From: Epiperipatus broadwayi
Taxonomy: Eukaryota; Animalia; Onychophora
Reading direction: 5' to 3'
NCBI GenBank assembly: GCA_028023455.1
Contig: JAQFVV010000005.1
Span: 6,448,001-6,512,000 of the forward strand
DNA: 64,000 nt
Position numbers and translations under genes: made by a program. This document shows positions 27,480 through 40,560 of this stretch, piece by piece (the first letter of the stretch is position 1; the number at the start of each line of letters is the position of its first letter). A model generated the notes under the pieces. The model saw nothing but the letters and a program-made list of their open reading frames with translations. It did no database searches and had not been told where the DNA came from.

Positions 27480-29240
27480 AATTTTAAAACATTCATTTTT
27501 ACATTGAAATTCAAAATGAAAACATCAAAATTGTCAATATCAGCAAAGTAGTGTTAAAAGATTCTAAAACATTCATTTTCACTTTAAAAATCAAAACAAA
27601 AAACATCGGAACGGTCAAAATTTTAACAGGCACTTTCTTGTGAAGAAAACAAGCAAACAATAGACACTTGGAAGGCAGGCTCATACATCATTTTTATATT
27701 TATTTGTTAATAGTAAAACTATTCTAAAGGTTATTTGGTAAACTTTTCTTGATAAAATAATAGTAAAATCGGCAAAATAATGTTAAGATTTAAAAAGTTT
27801 CATTTTAAAAATCAAAACAAAAATATCGGAATTGTCAACTTCAGCAAAATAACATTAAAAGATTTTAACACATTCATTTTCACTTTAAAAATCAAAATAA
27901 AAATATTGGAACTGTCAAAATTTTGACATGCACTATTGAGGAGAGAACAACAATCAACCAATCAGTGTCTTGGAAGGCAAGCTTTTATCTATTACACCTG
28001 GGTCTCGTTTTACGCGATAGATAGGTTCCTCAGAAAACGCGCAAATGAAATCACGCAAAAATAGACGTAACTTACATTGAAAAAGGGGGGATGCGGTCTG
28101 TGATTTTTCAAAATTTGCGTAAAAGCAAAGCACCAACGTAAAATTACTTCAAAATTCGCACAAAAAAAAAAATTAGGATATAAAATATGATTAATAAAAA
28201 TTTTCAAATTTGAAAAAAATTGATACAAGACAAACTTTTTTTAACCATAATATTTAATTTTATTCAAAATAATATATTTTTATGCATAATTTACATTGCA
28301 GTAATTTACATTTTTTTTATACACGTTTTAATTATTAACGCTATTTGCCGATAAATAGGTTCGTTTACAAACTGTAAAGATTCTTCACAAGAGGAACTAT
28401 AACTAGCGCCAACTTCACTCTCATGTTGTTGTTTTAATGGTTTTTCTAGTGACAACGTAATTAGTAATTAATCTTTGAGACGATGATTTTATTAATTGTT
28501 TATGAAGCTCGCAATATCCAGACATACAACCATTTAGCTCTCGTTGGAATTTAAGAGCATGTTCATGATTAGTGTCATTAGTAAGAAAATAATTTGCCAA
28601 CTGATTAGAAAGTTGAAGACCTTCTCGAATCATTTTGGAAATGAAAGGAACAGGTTCCACTTCTGTTTCATTATCTTTTTCTACATTTTCTTCTGTATCT
28701 AAACTATTTTTGTCTTTAATTTTTTAATTTTCAATTCCGTTTAAAAATCAAATTTTGTTTCACTGCTATTACTGACCTTTTAAAAATAAACTTGCGGACA
28801 TTAAATGATTAATAATTGATTAAACATTCTTTTTTAAAAAGCAAAAACAGAATGTGATTTAAAATGCAAAATTAACACGCACAGTGTTTGAACAAATTTA
28901 CTTTATAATCTTGTAAAATTTAATATGTGTATACATAAAATGTGGAAATCATAATTTTAATTTCATTATTGCATAAAATCTTACTATTATAAAGCACTGA
29001 AAATATTGAAATTACTAAGATGAAAGTCGAATTCCAATAATGTACTATTACTTTCAATATAACGTAAGTGCGCAAAAGTTCAACTTCCGGTGAAACATGA
29101 ATCGCGTAACTTTAAAATCATGTTAAATAAGTCTGCATAAAAAGAGACCCAGGTGTATATTGATTTGTTAGTTGTAAAAATATTCTAAAGGTTATTTGGT
29201 AAACTTTTCTAGATAAAATCAGCAAAATAAAATTGAAAGT
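27480..29240. repeat. ~300-bp tandem duplication whose second copy is split by the inner transposon
   Basis: Copy 1 is ~27480-27775; copy 2 is ~27776-27994 continuing at 29156-29240. Both share CTTGGAAGGCA...TATTCTAAAGGTTATTTGGTAAACTTTTCT, and each unit contains a ~75-bp subrepeat. Confidence 0.8.
27995..29155 (-). mobile_element. Younger Tigger/pogo-like deletion derivative (1161 bp), inner
   Basis: TIRs CACCTGGGTCTC.TTTTA.GC at both ends; TA TSD (27993-27994, 29156-29157); CpGs retained. ORF 28421-28660 (-) FLTNDTNHEHALKFQRELNGCMSGYCELHKQL resembles Tigger transposase C-termini; no DDE core is present. Confidence 0.85.
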
Positions 29241-30399
29241 AGAGTTTTTAGAGAGAGTTAAAGCCTTTTTTTGAAATTAATAAAAATATCAAAAACTATT
29301 TAACACATTATTTTATGTGCATTTATATCATAAAGTAAAGATCCACAAAAATAGAGGTTGAAAATTTTCACTTTGAATTTAAGACACCTTCTTTAGGGGT
29401 CCAAAATTTAGAAAAAAAAGTCTTATATTTGAAATACTACAGTATTTGCTTTTATAAATTTATTATGTAAGTTGGCAAATATGGAACTCTTTATTTTATG
29501 TATGATATGGATGTATGAAATTATATTCAAGTATAAAATCTAATTTTTTTAAAAATTAATTTTACGAGATACCAGATTCTATAAACCAAAATTATAATGA
29601 ATTAGACATATTAAAAGTGCATAATTGCAATTTGGAGAACCATGTACTTATTGTGATTTATATTTGACTTACTTCAACATTATCAGTCCATTGGATTATT
29701 TAAGAAATCAAACGATTGTTATATTAAGCATTGGAGATCAAACAATTTAATTTATGTCATTTTGAAAGTTCCTCATAAGAGGAATTTACATCATATAATC
29801 ATAGAAATGCCAACTGCTATGAACTCCATGTGTGAAAATAAATTATATTCATACACAGAATCAATGAAAGCCTCCACATTATTATTGTAAAACTGAGGGG
29901 GAAAGCACAATGAGAATGTAAATACTTATTTCAATAAAAATATCAATTTAGACTACAAGGTTTCATAGATCGATAGTGAAGGAGCTTTGGACAGAGGAAA
30001 GCCTAAGAAGAAGAATGCAGGTTTCAGTATGACAATAACAAAAGTTCTTTTTTCTTTTAAATGGGAATTTACTGATCATTAAATTATTCTAATGATTATG
30101 CATATAAACTATCAGATTTCAAAAAAATTTACTATGTGAAGCAATTAGTGTAAACAATAGGTGGGATTCCAATCACTCAAATCCCAGATATATTGTTATG
30201 GATTTTTTTGTCAACATACAAAAATAAATTTGTAAAAACAATTTTCATGCCCGATGAGTATGCATTAATTAAGATAGATCAAAATAGAGAAAATTATGTT
30301 ATTATAAAAAATATGTATTTAAATTATAATATTAATGATTTTTAAAAATTAACAGCCTTTTGGATTAGTGATAGTGCTTCAACTCACATATCTAAACGA

Positions 30400-33300
30400 T
30401 ACAATTATACCTGTCTTGAGTAATAATCATTTTAAAGTCCATTTAAACAAAAATATCCAATAACATTCCTATGCTATTTACAGGTCAGAAAACCATGCTC
30501 TTATTATTAATATATGAAATCAAAACAGTAAATTCACAGTGAGCAAAGAGGTCACATAATAACTGCATGTCCAAAAATTAAATGTCAACGTTGAAATGAG
30601 AGCCATGTTAACACATCAGCATAGAATAAATAATACTGTTACAAATTATGTTGCTCGATATTCAGCAGTAGAAGTATAAATCAACAGAAAATTGATATTA
30701 ACATGGATGACTTGTAATATTTCACAGAATATATTAGCAAATGATTTTATTCAAAGACAAGATCAGCAATCTGTTCAAAACATTTCTCTACCACAAAAAG
30801 ACATGAAATAAATAAACAAGCAGTTATAATAAACAAGACATTACAGCCACAATTGTACTTAATCTGTCACACACAGATTTGGATATAAATTCACTGATTA
30901 ACAAATACAAACCAGGTCATTTTCCACTGCACAAGGAAAGAGAGAAAAAGTGGATTGCAAAACTCCAGGTTAAATAAAAAAAAAAAGGATGTATCACAGA
31001 CTGAACTGCCAAAATGAAGTCATTTCTAAGCTGTCCAAAAAATGATGAATGACATGTCATAACAGATTTGATGTGTATCATGTTCAAACCTAATTACTAA
31101 TGAACTTTTGGATAAGGGACTAATATCAATAAATAGGATCATTCATTTAGCATAAATATTCATATTTCTTATATGATTTATATTCATATGCATAGTTTGA
31201 CATAATCATATTAATAAAAATGGATTCAGTTAATGTCAGAGGATTAAACTTTCCAAAAGAAAACCATCAACTTAAAAAAAATGCTTCATATTATTCAGCC
31301 ACACATAATTGGATTGGTGGAAACTTAAGACATATAACAAATTACAAACAGATCCATCCATTTTTTTTAAAAATTGTCATTATTCTCCAGAACAGCATTC
31401 TTGCCTTCAGCTGGGACAAGAATTGTGATGAACAAAACCTGTCCATTTGGCTCATTCAAAATAATATATATTGATTGCATACATGTTAATTGTTACAGTA
31501 TATTGCAAAAGACTTGCACTGAACATAGCATGTGTACATTCTTCTAGGTAAAATAATAATAGATTAATAAATACATTAAACTAAATTTGCATCCTCATTA
31601 CATATAATTTTAATAGGCGACCTCTATGTCACTTTCAATAAACTGTAGGGTTTCTGCCACAGAATTTTTTCAATAGTGGCAGATACACATTATTTGACAC
31701 TGTTTTCTATTTGCCAACATTGCATTATATGATCAACATTTCACTTAAAAACTTCCTTTTGAAATCATTCTATAGTGATTGTTTCTCTTAAAAATGATTT
31801 CACATATAGATCTGTGATCATAACAGATAAAAATTTGGGTACTACCCACTAAGAAGATTACAGAATCTCTTCTCAGAAATATACATATCATTATTCAAAA
31901 TTCTTGACTTGGAAATGGACCCTGTACAAACATGTATTACATTTGTGAATGTAATATATACAATACATAAAATAACTAAACCAATCCCCCCTCAAAAATT
32001 TTAACATTTGCAAATGACTTGCGCAAGGGAATTAAGGTTAGTGTTACCTCAGGAAAGGATCATATAAATGTAATAGCTCCAAGGAAAGCATAATGATCAA
32101 CTTGTGATTCACGTAGAGAATACCTAGCAATAAAAAAGAGGAAAATATACCTTAGTCAAACTCACATGATTTAGGCAGCATCTTTGCTGACCACTAGGTC
32201 AAGCTCAATTAAATCATGTTATGAGAGTAATCATAATGGAAGGAGCAGGCAACATATTAGAGCCATTTTATTCACATTTCAAAAATAATACAAAAATGAA
32301 AAATTAATCCTTCACAATACTTTCTATGTCCTTCAAAAGTTAATGTAACTCGTGTCTAGAGAGTTTATAGAAAAACTTGCTTCCATGCCAAACTCGTCAT
32401 CAAGGAATACATGTTGAATATTTCACTTTGTATATAAACATGCTAATTCACAGCAAAATATCTTGACAAATTTAGTTAATTTGATAAAAAATCTAATACA
32501 TACATGGACTTCATTCCATCTCATTTGTCAAGGAGGAAAATATATCTACATTTAAAAATCTGACCCATTTCAATGAATCCACTTGAGATTAAAATTCTGA
32601 AATCATTAATTAAAGCTATAAATGAACCTTATTTTTTGCTATTGCTGTCAAAGATTCAGTTTGCAAATAAAGGCTTTTTGACTGGGCAGGCTGTATTTTT
32701 GTTTACAACAGGAATCACAGAAACAATAAGAAAGATGGTCCAATTGTAGTTCAGCTGGACATTAAATCAAACATTTGATATGATACCAATTGATATTTTA
32801 TTCAATGAATTAGTGGATACATCAGTACTTAGGCCATTCATCTACTTGATTACAACTTTTCTAAGTTGAGAAGTTCAAATAAATTAGTAGAAAGTGCTCT
32901 TTATCATGCATTCCATTTAATTCAATTCCATAAGCTTGACCATTAAGTGTCTTATTTACATTCTATATCATTGCTCTTAAAACAATTCATAATTGGAATA
33001 TTTATAAGTGGATTAAAGGCAAATATTTCATGGATGACAGATCAGTCTTTCTGACAACAAAAAAACCAAAATTGCTAACAATTCTAACCAGTAATTTAAA
33101 CAAATTACTCTAGTTCAATTTAGAAAAATCTAGTACATGGTCTATATATTCAGGATGCCATCATGATTCCAGATACAAGGAAAAGTAATAATGTTATCAA
33201 CTCTTTGCAAGTCATATTTATCACTCTATGCCAAGTACCCTATTAAATTTAATAATGATGCATATATTCACTTATAATTAATGTATGCAAAACTCTTTCC

Positions 33301-34345
33301 ATACAGGGGGAGAGGAGGGTTCAATTTACCTGAAACAGATTGTGCCCTCTTTATCTCAAAATGAATTGGGTTTACATTGAATGAATTTTTTCCAAATTCA
33401 AGAAAACAATCTTATACCATCATGTACAAAACACTACATACAATTACTGGAATAAGTTATTTTCCCCTTTATTATGCATCTCCAATTTAGTATATTGCCC
33501 TTCCCTAAATAAAATTAAATACTGGGAGGCATACTTAATATGTGCTTCCCTATCCAATGATAGTAACAATCCCCTTTTAAACATAACCAATAAGGAGTTG
33601 ACTAAAAAATTGAAATATTAGTCCTGGAACCAAAATAGTATGATTTTCTCATAAAAGTAAATCATGAAACACTCCCATTCTTCACTTCAAGATATAAAAG
33701 AGATTGCACTGCTATGGGAGATATATATATATAAACTATGGTAAAGAGAATCAGAAACAATCACATTTTCCATTCACATGACCAATGTTAGATAATATTT
33801 AGTTGGATATCCCCTAAATAATTTCAAACAAAAATTATAACAGACAATTCTCTATACATTTGAAAAAAATATTTATGTACTCATTTGAACTAGCACATAC
33901 ACAATTCTCATTATAGTACCAGATGCACACTTATCTATGGCTTAAATACATGAAGATATCCTAATATATGTAGGGACAAGATGAATATATGCATAAGGGA
34001 TGAGAGAATCTCCCCAATAGACGTGGTTACTAATGTGACCTCTCGAGTTTATGATATGACTCACTATTATCAAAAAACCATTAATGTGATGAATATATAA
34101 AGCTCCAAATCTTATGCAGAAGTCACAAAATAATGATGCCAAGTTACTTTCAAAATTGTCAATTTGTGATACCTAGAATTTTTAATTTTCTCACTTCTTT
34201 CATGGGATAAAAAAGACATGCATGTTATGTAATTTACATACCTCTTTTTTTGTTTATTTGTAATCTCAAGTCTCTTCTTACTCTATCCTATGTATGTAGT
34301 TCTAAGTGCTGCATGTAATCTTATAGATCAATAAAGCTTTTTAAA
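30400..34345 (+). mobile_element. Degenerate L1/Tx1-like non-LTR retrotransposon
   Basis: Ordered remnants: zinc-knuckle-like EQRGHIITACP (~30540-30575); APE motif SVNVRGL (31226-31246); RT motifs VVQLDIK..FD (~32746-32785), PLSVLF (~32940) and KYFMDD (33021-33038); AATAAA-containing 3' end at ~34330. Many stops and frameshifts. Confidence 0.7.
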
Positions 34346-37074
34346 ATTATAGAAATACAACTAAAACATATGTATTTTATATTTTATTTCTTGTACACAA
34401 TCTTTCCTATAATATTTTGAAATCTTTAAAAGTAAACTCAATATTTCATTTTGCCCAGATACCAAGATTATGACTCTGAATAAAAGTATCTATGAATACA
34501 TTGATAATAAATTTAGAAGTCTTTTTGTCATAAATTCATGTTTTTGTAATATTAATTTAATAACATTTTGCGTTGTATATCACATAAGTACGAAAAGGAA
34601 ATTTTCCTACTAATTGAATTTTGTGCACGATAAAAAAAATTCCAAGACTTTTCTCAATTGTTATTTTAGCCACATAATATGCAACAATTTACATAAAATA
34701 TGGTAATAATACTCAAATCTTATTATAAATAACCAGAAATTAAATTGCAATTTCAAAATAATGAGAAAATATTGAAACATTTCTGATTAAAGATGTATCA
34801 AGAGAAAGCTTATTTAGAAATTATTATAATTTAATCTAATATAAAGTAATCTCAAAATAATCTTATAGTTTTGTGTGCTAATAAATTATAAGCTAAGAAT
34901 TGATAATAAATTAACTAAATTATTACCTATCAACAGGTACTGTTTAGATTGTCTAATGTTGTTCATTACATAATTATGATTTAAAATGCTGACTATATAT
35001 ATTCCTATACAATATTCACATGGGTAAAGACACCTTTGTGCAAATAAAATTCCAACTCCCCCCAATTCAGTGAATAAAAATGTTCAAGTTAAAACCAAAT
35101 GAATTCTATAAACATTTATACAGAAACAATAGAACATTAAGAAAATTATAATTATTTACACTTTTATCTTTTTATTTACATATTAATTCTCCTGGCTTTG
35201 GTAGCTATAAAATAACTTATAGAAATTCTGAAAATTTGTGATCAGACTCATCTTTAGAAAAATCCTTATTAACTACCTGACTAGTAAAATTTTCAACTAA
35301 TTTTTTATGTCCATAGTGTTTGAACATGTGTTTGGATCATTAACATTAAAATTTTATGTAAAATCAGAAATTTCAGGTTTTTCACTTTTAAAAAGGACAA
35401 CCTTCTCTGTTTTGAGCTCCAGATAACTTATTTGGCATTTTGTTCACGTTATGTCCTCAACTGGGGAGATCAGAACAAACAAATATAAATCTTTCACAAG
35501 TAAAATAAAAGACACAGGACACAATGATTCAATAATTATGAGGAGTAATTATAGCATTAGTTTAATACAAACAATTGTATATACAATGGAATTAATGTAC
35601 ATATTTGGAACTGAATATACAGTTGCATGCTAAGTTACACATTTACAAAATCTAATGTACATGTAACCATCTTTACACATAATGTACTTTGCTACATAAC
35701 TTTTAAGGCCATTCGTACCAATGAGGTCTGTCAGTGTAAATAATACACTGAAATGTTTTTGCATATTTTGTCATTTAACAGCATTATTTCCAAATTTTGT
35801 AATAGTTTTATATATATATTAACAATATCATTAGCAATTGCTCTAGAAAAAGTTCGTTTTTCACAATTATCTATATTAAGTATAGAAAATGAAATAGTGA
35901 GCAATTTAAAAGATATAAAAAAATTTTGTAATTAAAGTAAAAGAACACAGAAATATAACTAGTGGCACAAAACCCATGAAATATCCTTAATAGCTCTCAT
36001 CAGACTACTAATATATATAATCTTATATAAATAATTCTACTTTATCTACCTGGCTCTTTTGGCTTTCTAAAAACTGGTAATTGAGGTGATCTGTAGAAAC
36101 CCTATATGGTTTATCTACAGCCAGTGTCAATGTTTCTGATATCTGAACTTTGTTACAACTTCATTGCAAAAAGAAAAATATACAATTATATTTTTTTTAT
36201 TCCATAACAAGGCTGATGTAACTCTTCCATTTCCAATAATTAGGTCAACTTTAACCTACATATCAGTTTGTTAAAAATTATTCTTGCTTGTTTCAAAGTA
36301 ACCAATATATTTTGTTAAAAATAATTCTTGCTTGTTTCAAAACCCATTTATTACTTTTAATTTAATTCAGAGTTCTCTTATGCATAATTTGTTTATGATT
36401 TCTATTAACAAAGTTATATTTCTTCGATAATAAAATATTTACAATACTATTATTTATATGCTTAATGTTCCACTATTAATTACTTGAACATACATATACT
36501 GTTTATTCGATAATTTTTAGAAGCCATTAGCAGACCTTGTTCTTTACTTTCTTTATCTCAATAACGACTGCTAAGATGGAAGATCAGTTTCATATAGTAG
36601 GTGCATGTAAAGAAATATATTCATAGACAAAATGTTGAAGTGTTTCCTTTCTTCTTATCTCATACATAATAAATGCATTGCTTCAATAATTGCAAATGTC
36701 CTTTTCCCAGCTAAAAGGGCTTTGGTGGTAGAGCTTTGGGACTTTTTATTAAAAAATTCCAATTATTTATGCTTCAAATGGCGGAACTTAAAAAGTTCTG
36801 TATAATTGTTTTGTTAGAAATAGTAAGGAATAAATACGAAACATTTTTGCTTCTTTATTCCATCCTTTAAAAAATTACATACATAAAAATTCGTTATTGA
36901 GTGATAAAGCAAACTTTAACACATTTTAAAATGTCTTCCATTCCAAATATTCAATTTTTTTTCCCCTAACAATTTAAATTATATATTACTTTATCAAAAA
37001 AAATCTTAAAAATTTTTTTTTTTTCTTTCTCCTATTTATGATAATACACTGAAATAATCAAATGGCACATTTAT

Positions 37075-37203
37075 TAAAATGGATATTTTTTAGTGTAATT
37101 TTCACTACAGCACCCACGCAAGGTAGGGATTGGTTTCTATCCACTTTCAACATCTTGTGGGTGTCTGTAATCATAAACATATAACCAAAGACATGTGAAA
37201 AAG
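37075..37203. repeat. Direct copy of the arm of the 38.1-38.5 kb fold-back
   Basis: TAGTGTAATTTTCACTAC...GGTTTCTATCCA...ATAAACATATAACCAAAGACATGTGAAAA matches 38130-38245. Confidence 0.85.
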
Positions 37204-37288
37204 TAGTATAATTCCCAAGGTGCATATTTTGTGTTGAACCAGCACTCATCAGGGCCTAGATAACAATCTCATATCTTTATCTTTGTTC

Positions 37289-38020
37289 ATTAAACTGTAG
37301 TAATTGGCTCTCTCTCTATATATATATAATTATAATTGAAATAATATTTTTAAACGGTTTATAAACAATTCAAACAATCTTTAAATCCGCAGAAGTACTT
37401 TCGGTTACTTTCAAACCTGCCTCAACTGCTATTAAATTCAAAAACTAAAAGCGGAAGCAAACGTCATCAATTCAAATTCCACGAATCTCGTATTTTAATG
37501 TTAGAAGCTTGTCGATTTATCAAATGTGTTTTATTCCTGTTTATAAAAATTGCCTCTTTAATTTTTCTTTTACTATGGTTTCTCTCTTCATGAAGAATTT
37601 TCAAAATTAAATTTAAATTTATGTTTACATGTTTTTTCATGATCAAAGAAAACTGAAGAAGATATTAAATCACCATTATTTTTATTTTTTACACGCTTAT
37701 ATAAATTAAAGAGGCAATTTTTATAAACAGGAATAAAACACATTTGATAAATCGACAAGCTTCTAACATTAAAATACGAGATTCGTGGAATTTGAATTGA
37801 TGACGTTTGCTTCCGCTTTTAGTTTTTGAATTTAATAGCAGTTGAGGCAGGTTTGAAAGTAACCGAAAGTACTTCTGCGGATTTAAAGATTGTTTGAATT
37901 GTTTATAAACCGTTTAAAAATATTATTTCAATTATAATTACAATATTATTTTTAATTAACGGATATTTTTATTTATTTTATATATATAGAGAGAGAGAGA
38001 GCCAATTACTACAGTTTAAT
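37289..38020. repeat. Large inverted repeat: apparently perfect 238-bp arms (37327-37564 / 37703-37940), 138-bp spacer, plus outer arms (37289-37326 / 37979-38020)
   Basis: Base-by-base reverse complementarity across the inner arms. The outer arms share ATTAAACTGTAGTAATTGGC plus a (CT)n(AT)n tract of different length, and the right side carries an extra 38 bp (37941-37978). Confidence 0.97.
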
Positions 38021-38074
38021 TGATGCGTCAAATTTACTGTCCTCACAACATTGAAACAAACCACTTGATGGAAG

Positions 38075-38490
38075 TATATTAATATTTTTTATTAGACAAG
38101 AGATTATTCACTTAATTAATAATATTTCTGTAGTGTAATTTTTGCTACACCACTGTCATGCAAGATAGGGACTGATTTCTATCCATTTTTAACACCCTAT
38201 GAAGGAATATAATTATAAACATATGACCAAAGACATGTGAAAATGGGTTCTGTTTGCTTTTAACACCTTGTGGAGAAATATAATCACAAACATAACCAAA
38301 GATATGTGAAAATGGTCTGTTTCACATGTTTTTGGTCATATGTTTATGATTACATTCTTCCACAAGGTGTTAAAAGCAGATAGAAACCAATGCATGAGAG
38401 TGGTGTAGTGAAAATTACACTACAGAAATATTATTCATTAAGTGGATCATCTCTAATCTAATGAATGATTAATAAAATTATTAATATATT
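38075..38490. repeat. Second fold-back (arms ~38075-38250 and ~38318-38490) with a partial internal tandem copy; MITE-like
   Basis: CACTTAATTAATAATATTTCTGTAGTGTAATTTTTGCTACACCACT at 38109 is mirrored at 38399-38444. The middle ~38255-38315 repeats TTTTAACACC...ACCAAAGA.ATGTGAAAATGG. Confidence 0.88.
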
Positions 38491-40451
38491 CATCAAACTT
38501 TTTGCTTCTCTCAACCAATCTATTTGTTTAAGTAGCCATTGCACATAAATCTACCCTAAGAGGTGTCTTAAAATTTCCTTTAAATCTTTTCTTGAATGCT
38601 TTTTCCAAAAAAACTACTTCATTAGCATGTATTAAGCCTGATACAACCCTTTCATAAAATTGCATATGCTTCATATTTATTATAAACACATAGTATTATA
38701 AAATTGTTGTTTTTAAGTTTCCTTTTAGTTTCTCAAAATTTTACATGATTTATCTTATCATCATAAATAAGTATACCTGTCTATAGTTATACATCAGACC
38801 AAATTTATCAAATTCATCATTTTCTGGACAATTTACCAATATTTTTGATTTATTCTCATTAACGTAACACCATTCTCCTGGATTATTTACATTTGTCAAA
38901 AAATGTTTTCCCATTATCAGCAAAAATAACAATTTTGATGTAAAAAAAAAAACTGCTTTTAAAAGGAAATCTTTTTCCTCACCTGGAAAACTATTTAATT
39001 CATTTTCCTAATTTTGTAAATAAGTCATAAATAATATGGGGATAAAGGACATTCTTATCTAATTTAATAAATAATACTGGAATAAAGGATAGCCTTATCT
39101 CACATTTCTCACCTTCATAGACTTAAAAAAGCCTTATTTAATAAATACTTTTTATAACCTAATGAAAGCCACATGTATATTTTTTTTCTCTCCAGGCTCT
39201 TCTATAATTAGTTCATGTAATATTTAATAAGGATTTTCTATAGTAAAAATAGTACTACAAAGCTTCAATTTAATTGTATAGGTATTTCTATTACACTGTT
39301 TAAAACAGATGTTATGCCCCTGCATTTTATGATTTCTCAAAACATTTTTCAGGTCTTCCATCCAATATACAACTCACATTAATAATATAAGCAAATATCT
39401 TGCACATTACACTGGTTGCTGACACAGATCTATATTTACCCCCCCCCCATCCTGAGATTTTTGCTTTAGTTTTTAAACATCTATTTAATTTTACAAAATT
39501 TCCAACTTTTATTAAAGCTTGTCAGCAAATAGAAATAGTTCTCACTTTTAATATCTATTCTCTGTACTATTTTTGCTACTGTGTCAAACACACCTCTTGA
39601 TTTTGCCATTTGTACCCTTCATAACTTTCATAATTTCTCTCTCTCGAAAATCTTGATCATTCCTCCTTGAATCTTATCCCATGTTCCTTCAAAATCGGAA
39701 GTATATATTTCTAGTCTAAAAACAAAAAAAAAAACTATCTCTTTCATATGTTCTAATTTTTTTCTCCTTCCAAATTTTCTGACAATGATTCTTTAAGCAT
39801 TTCCAATTTTAATTTTTATATTTGTTTTTAATATTTTGTTTTTTAAACAGCTAATGTTTATTTGATCTTGTCTATTTATTTTATTTTTTTTCATACATAG
39901 TTCTTTCACCATCAAATATTATAAGTGATCTTTCTGTCTTATAGATATTTTTTCATACACTCTAAAAATTATTACAAACTTTTCCATGATTCATTCTCAA
40001 TCTTTTTCTAAAGAATCCATCTATTTATATTTGATATTTAAAATCTATTAAGACAGACATTTTGACCAAATCATTTGATTCTTTCCTACACATTGCTATT
40101 TATTAACATATACTGCCATTCTCACTATTTGTATGCCATAAAGTGCAAACTTTATCAATAGATGCCAAATGGTAGTATTTAATAAATCCTTATCTAGTAC
40201 ATCCCTTTTCCAATATCTCCACTCTAATTTCTAGTTTAAGATTTCGTAGGTGAGCAGCTTTTTCGATTTTTTGAACAATGCACTTGAATTATTAGATCTT
40301 ATGCACTTCTTTCTGTAGAAGCCATTTTTTAAAGTTTTTCAGATCAGGCTGTTTGTTTGATAATATAACAAAAAGTAAAAAATAATCACTGCTAGAGGAA
40401 AGGTGCTTTAGATCCAAAAAGGTTCAAGTAGAATGTTAAAAAAAATCATTA

Positions 40452-40560
40452 TGTCAAGCATTTTTAGCCAAGAGGTCAGCGCAGCCACCTTGCAAGCTAG
40501 CAGACGGTTGTTGCAAGTTCGCCTCCCAGCTGATGCTATGACATATGAAGGGAAAAAAAA
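40452..40560 (+). mobile_element. tRNA-Gly-derived SINE-like element, copy 2 (more decayed)
   Basis: TGTCAA-GCATTTTTAGCCAAGAGGTCAGCGCAGCCACCT-TGC-AAGC...GTTCGCCTCCCAGCTGATGC-TATGACATATGAAGGG-A8 has the same 5' leader, body and 3' tail as 1593-1689. Confidence 0.7.

Larger units (their letters stand above)
27073..29442. mobile_element. Old pogo/Tigger-like (Tc1/mariner superfamily) non-autonomous element, outer
   Basis: TA-flanked degenerate TIRs: left (TA)CCATATTACTTTGAATTTAAGAT, right reverse complement (TA)CTGTAGTATTTCAAATATAAGAC (17/25 identical, differences mostly transitions). Minus-strand ~27300-27350 resembles the pogo C-terminal (S/C)NxLxGxEDD region. Confidence 0.6.

Noticed and set aside
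33942-34142. 66-aa minus-strand ORF
   Set aside because: Lies antisense within the L1/Tx1-like fossil, with no independent support.
36267-36341. 31-bp direct repeat with a 44-bp period
   Set aside because: Simple local slippage duplication with no further structure.
37075-38490. CRISPR-like array reading of the repeated units
   Set aside because: Eukaryotic context, long units in mixed orientation, no regular spacers and no cas genes.
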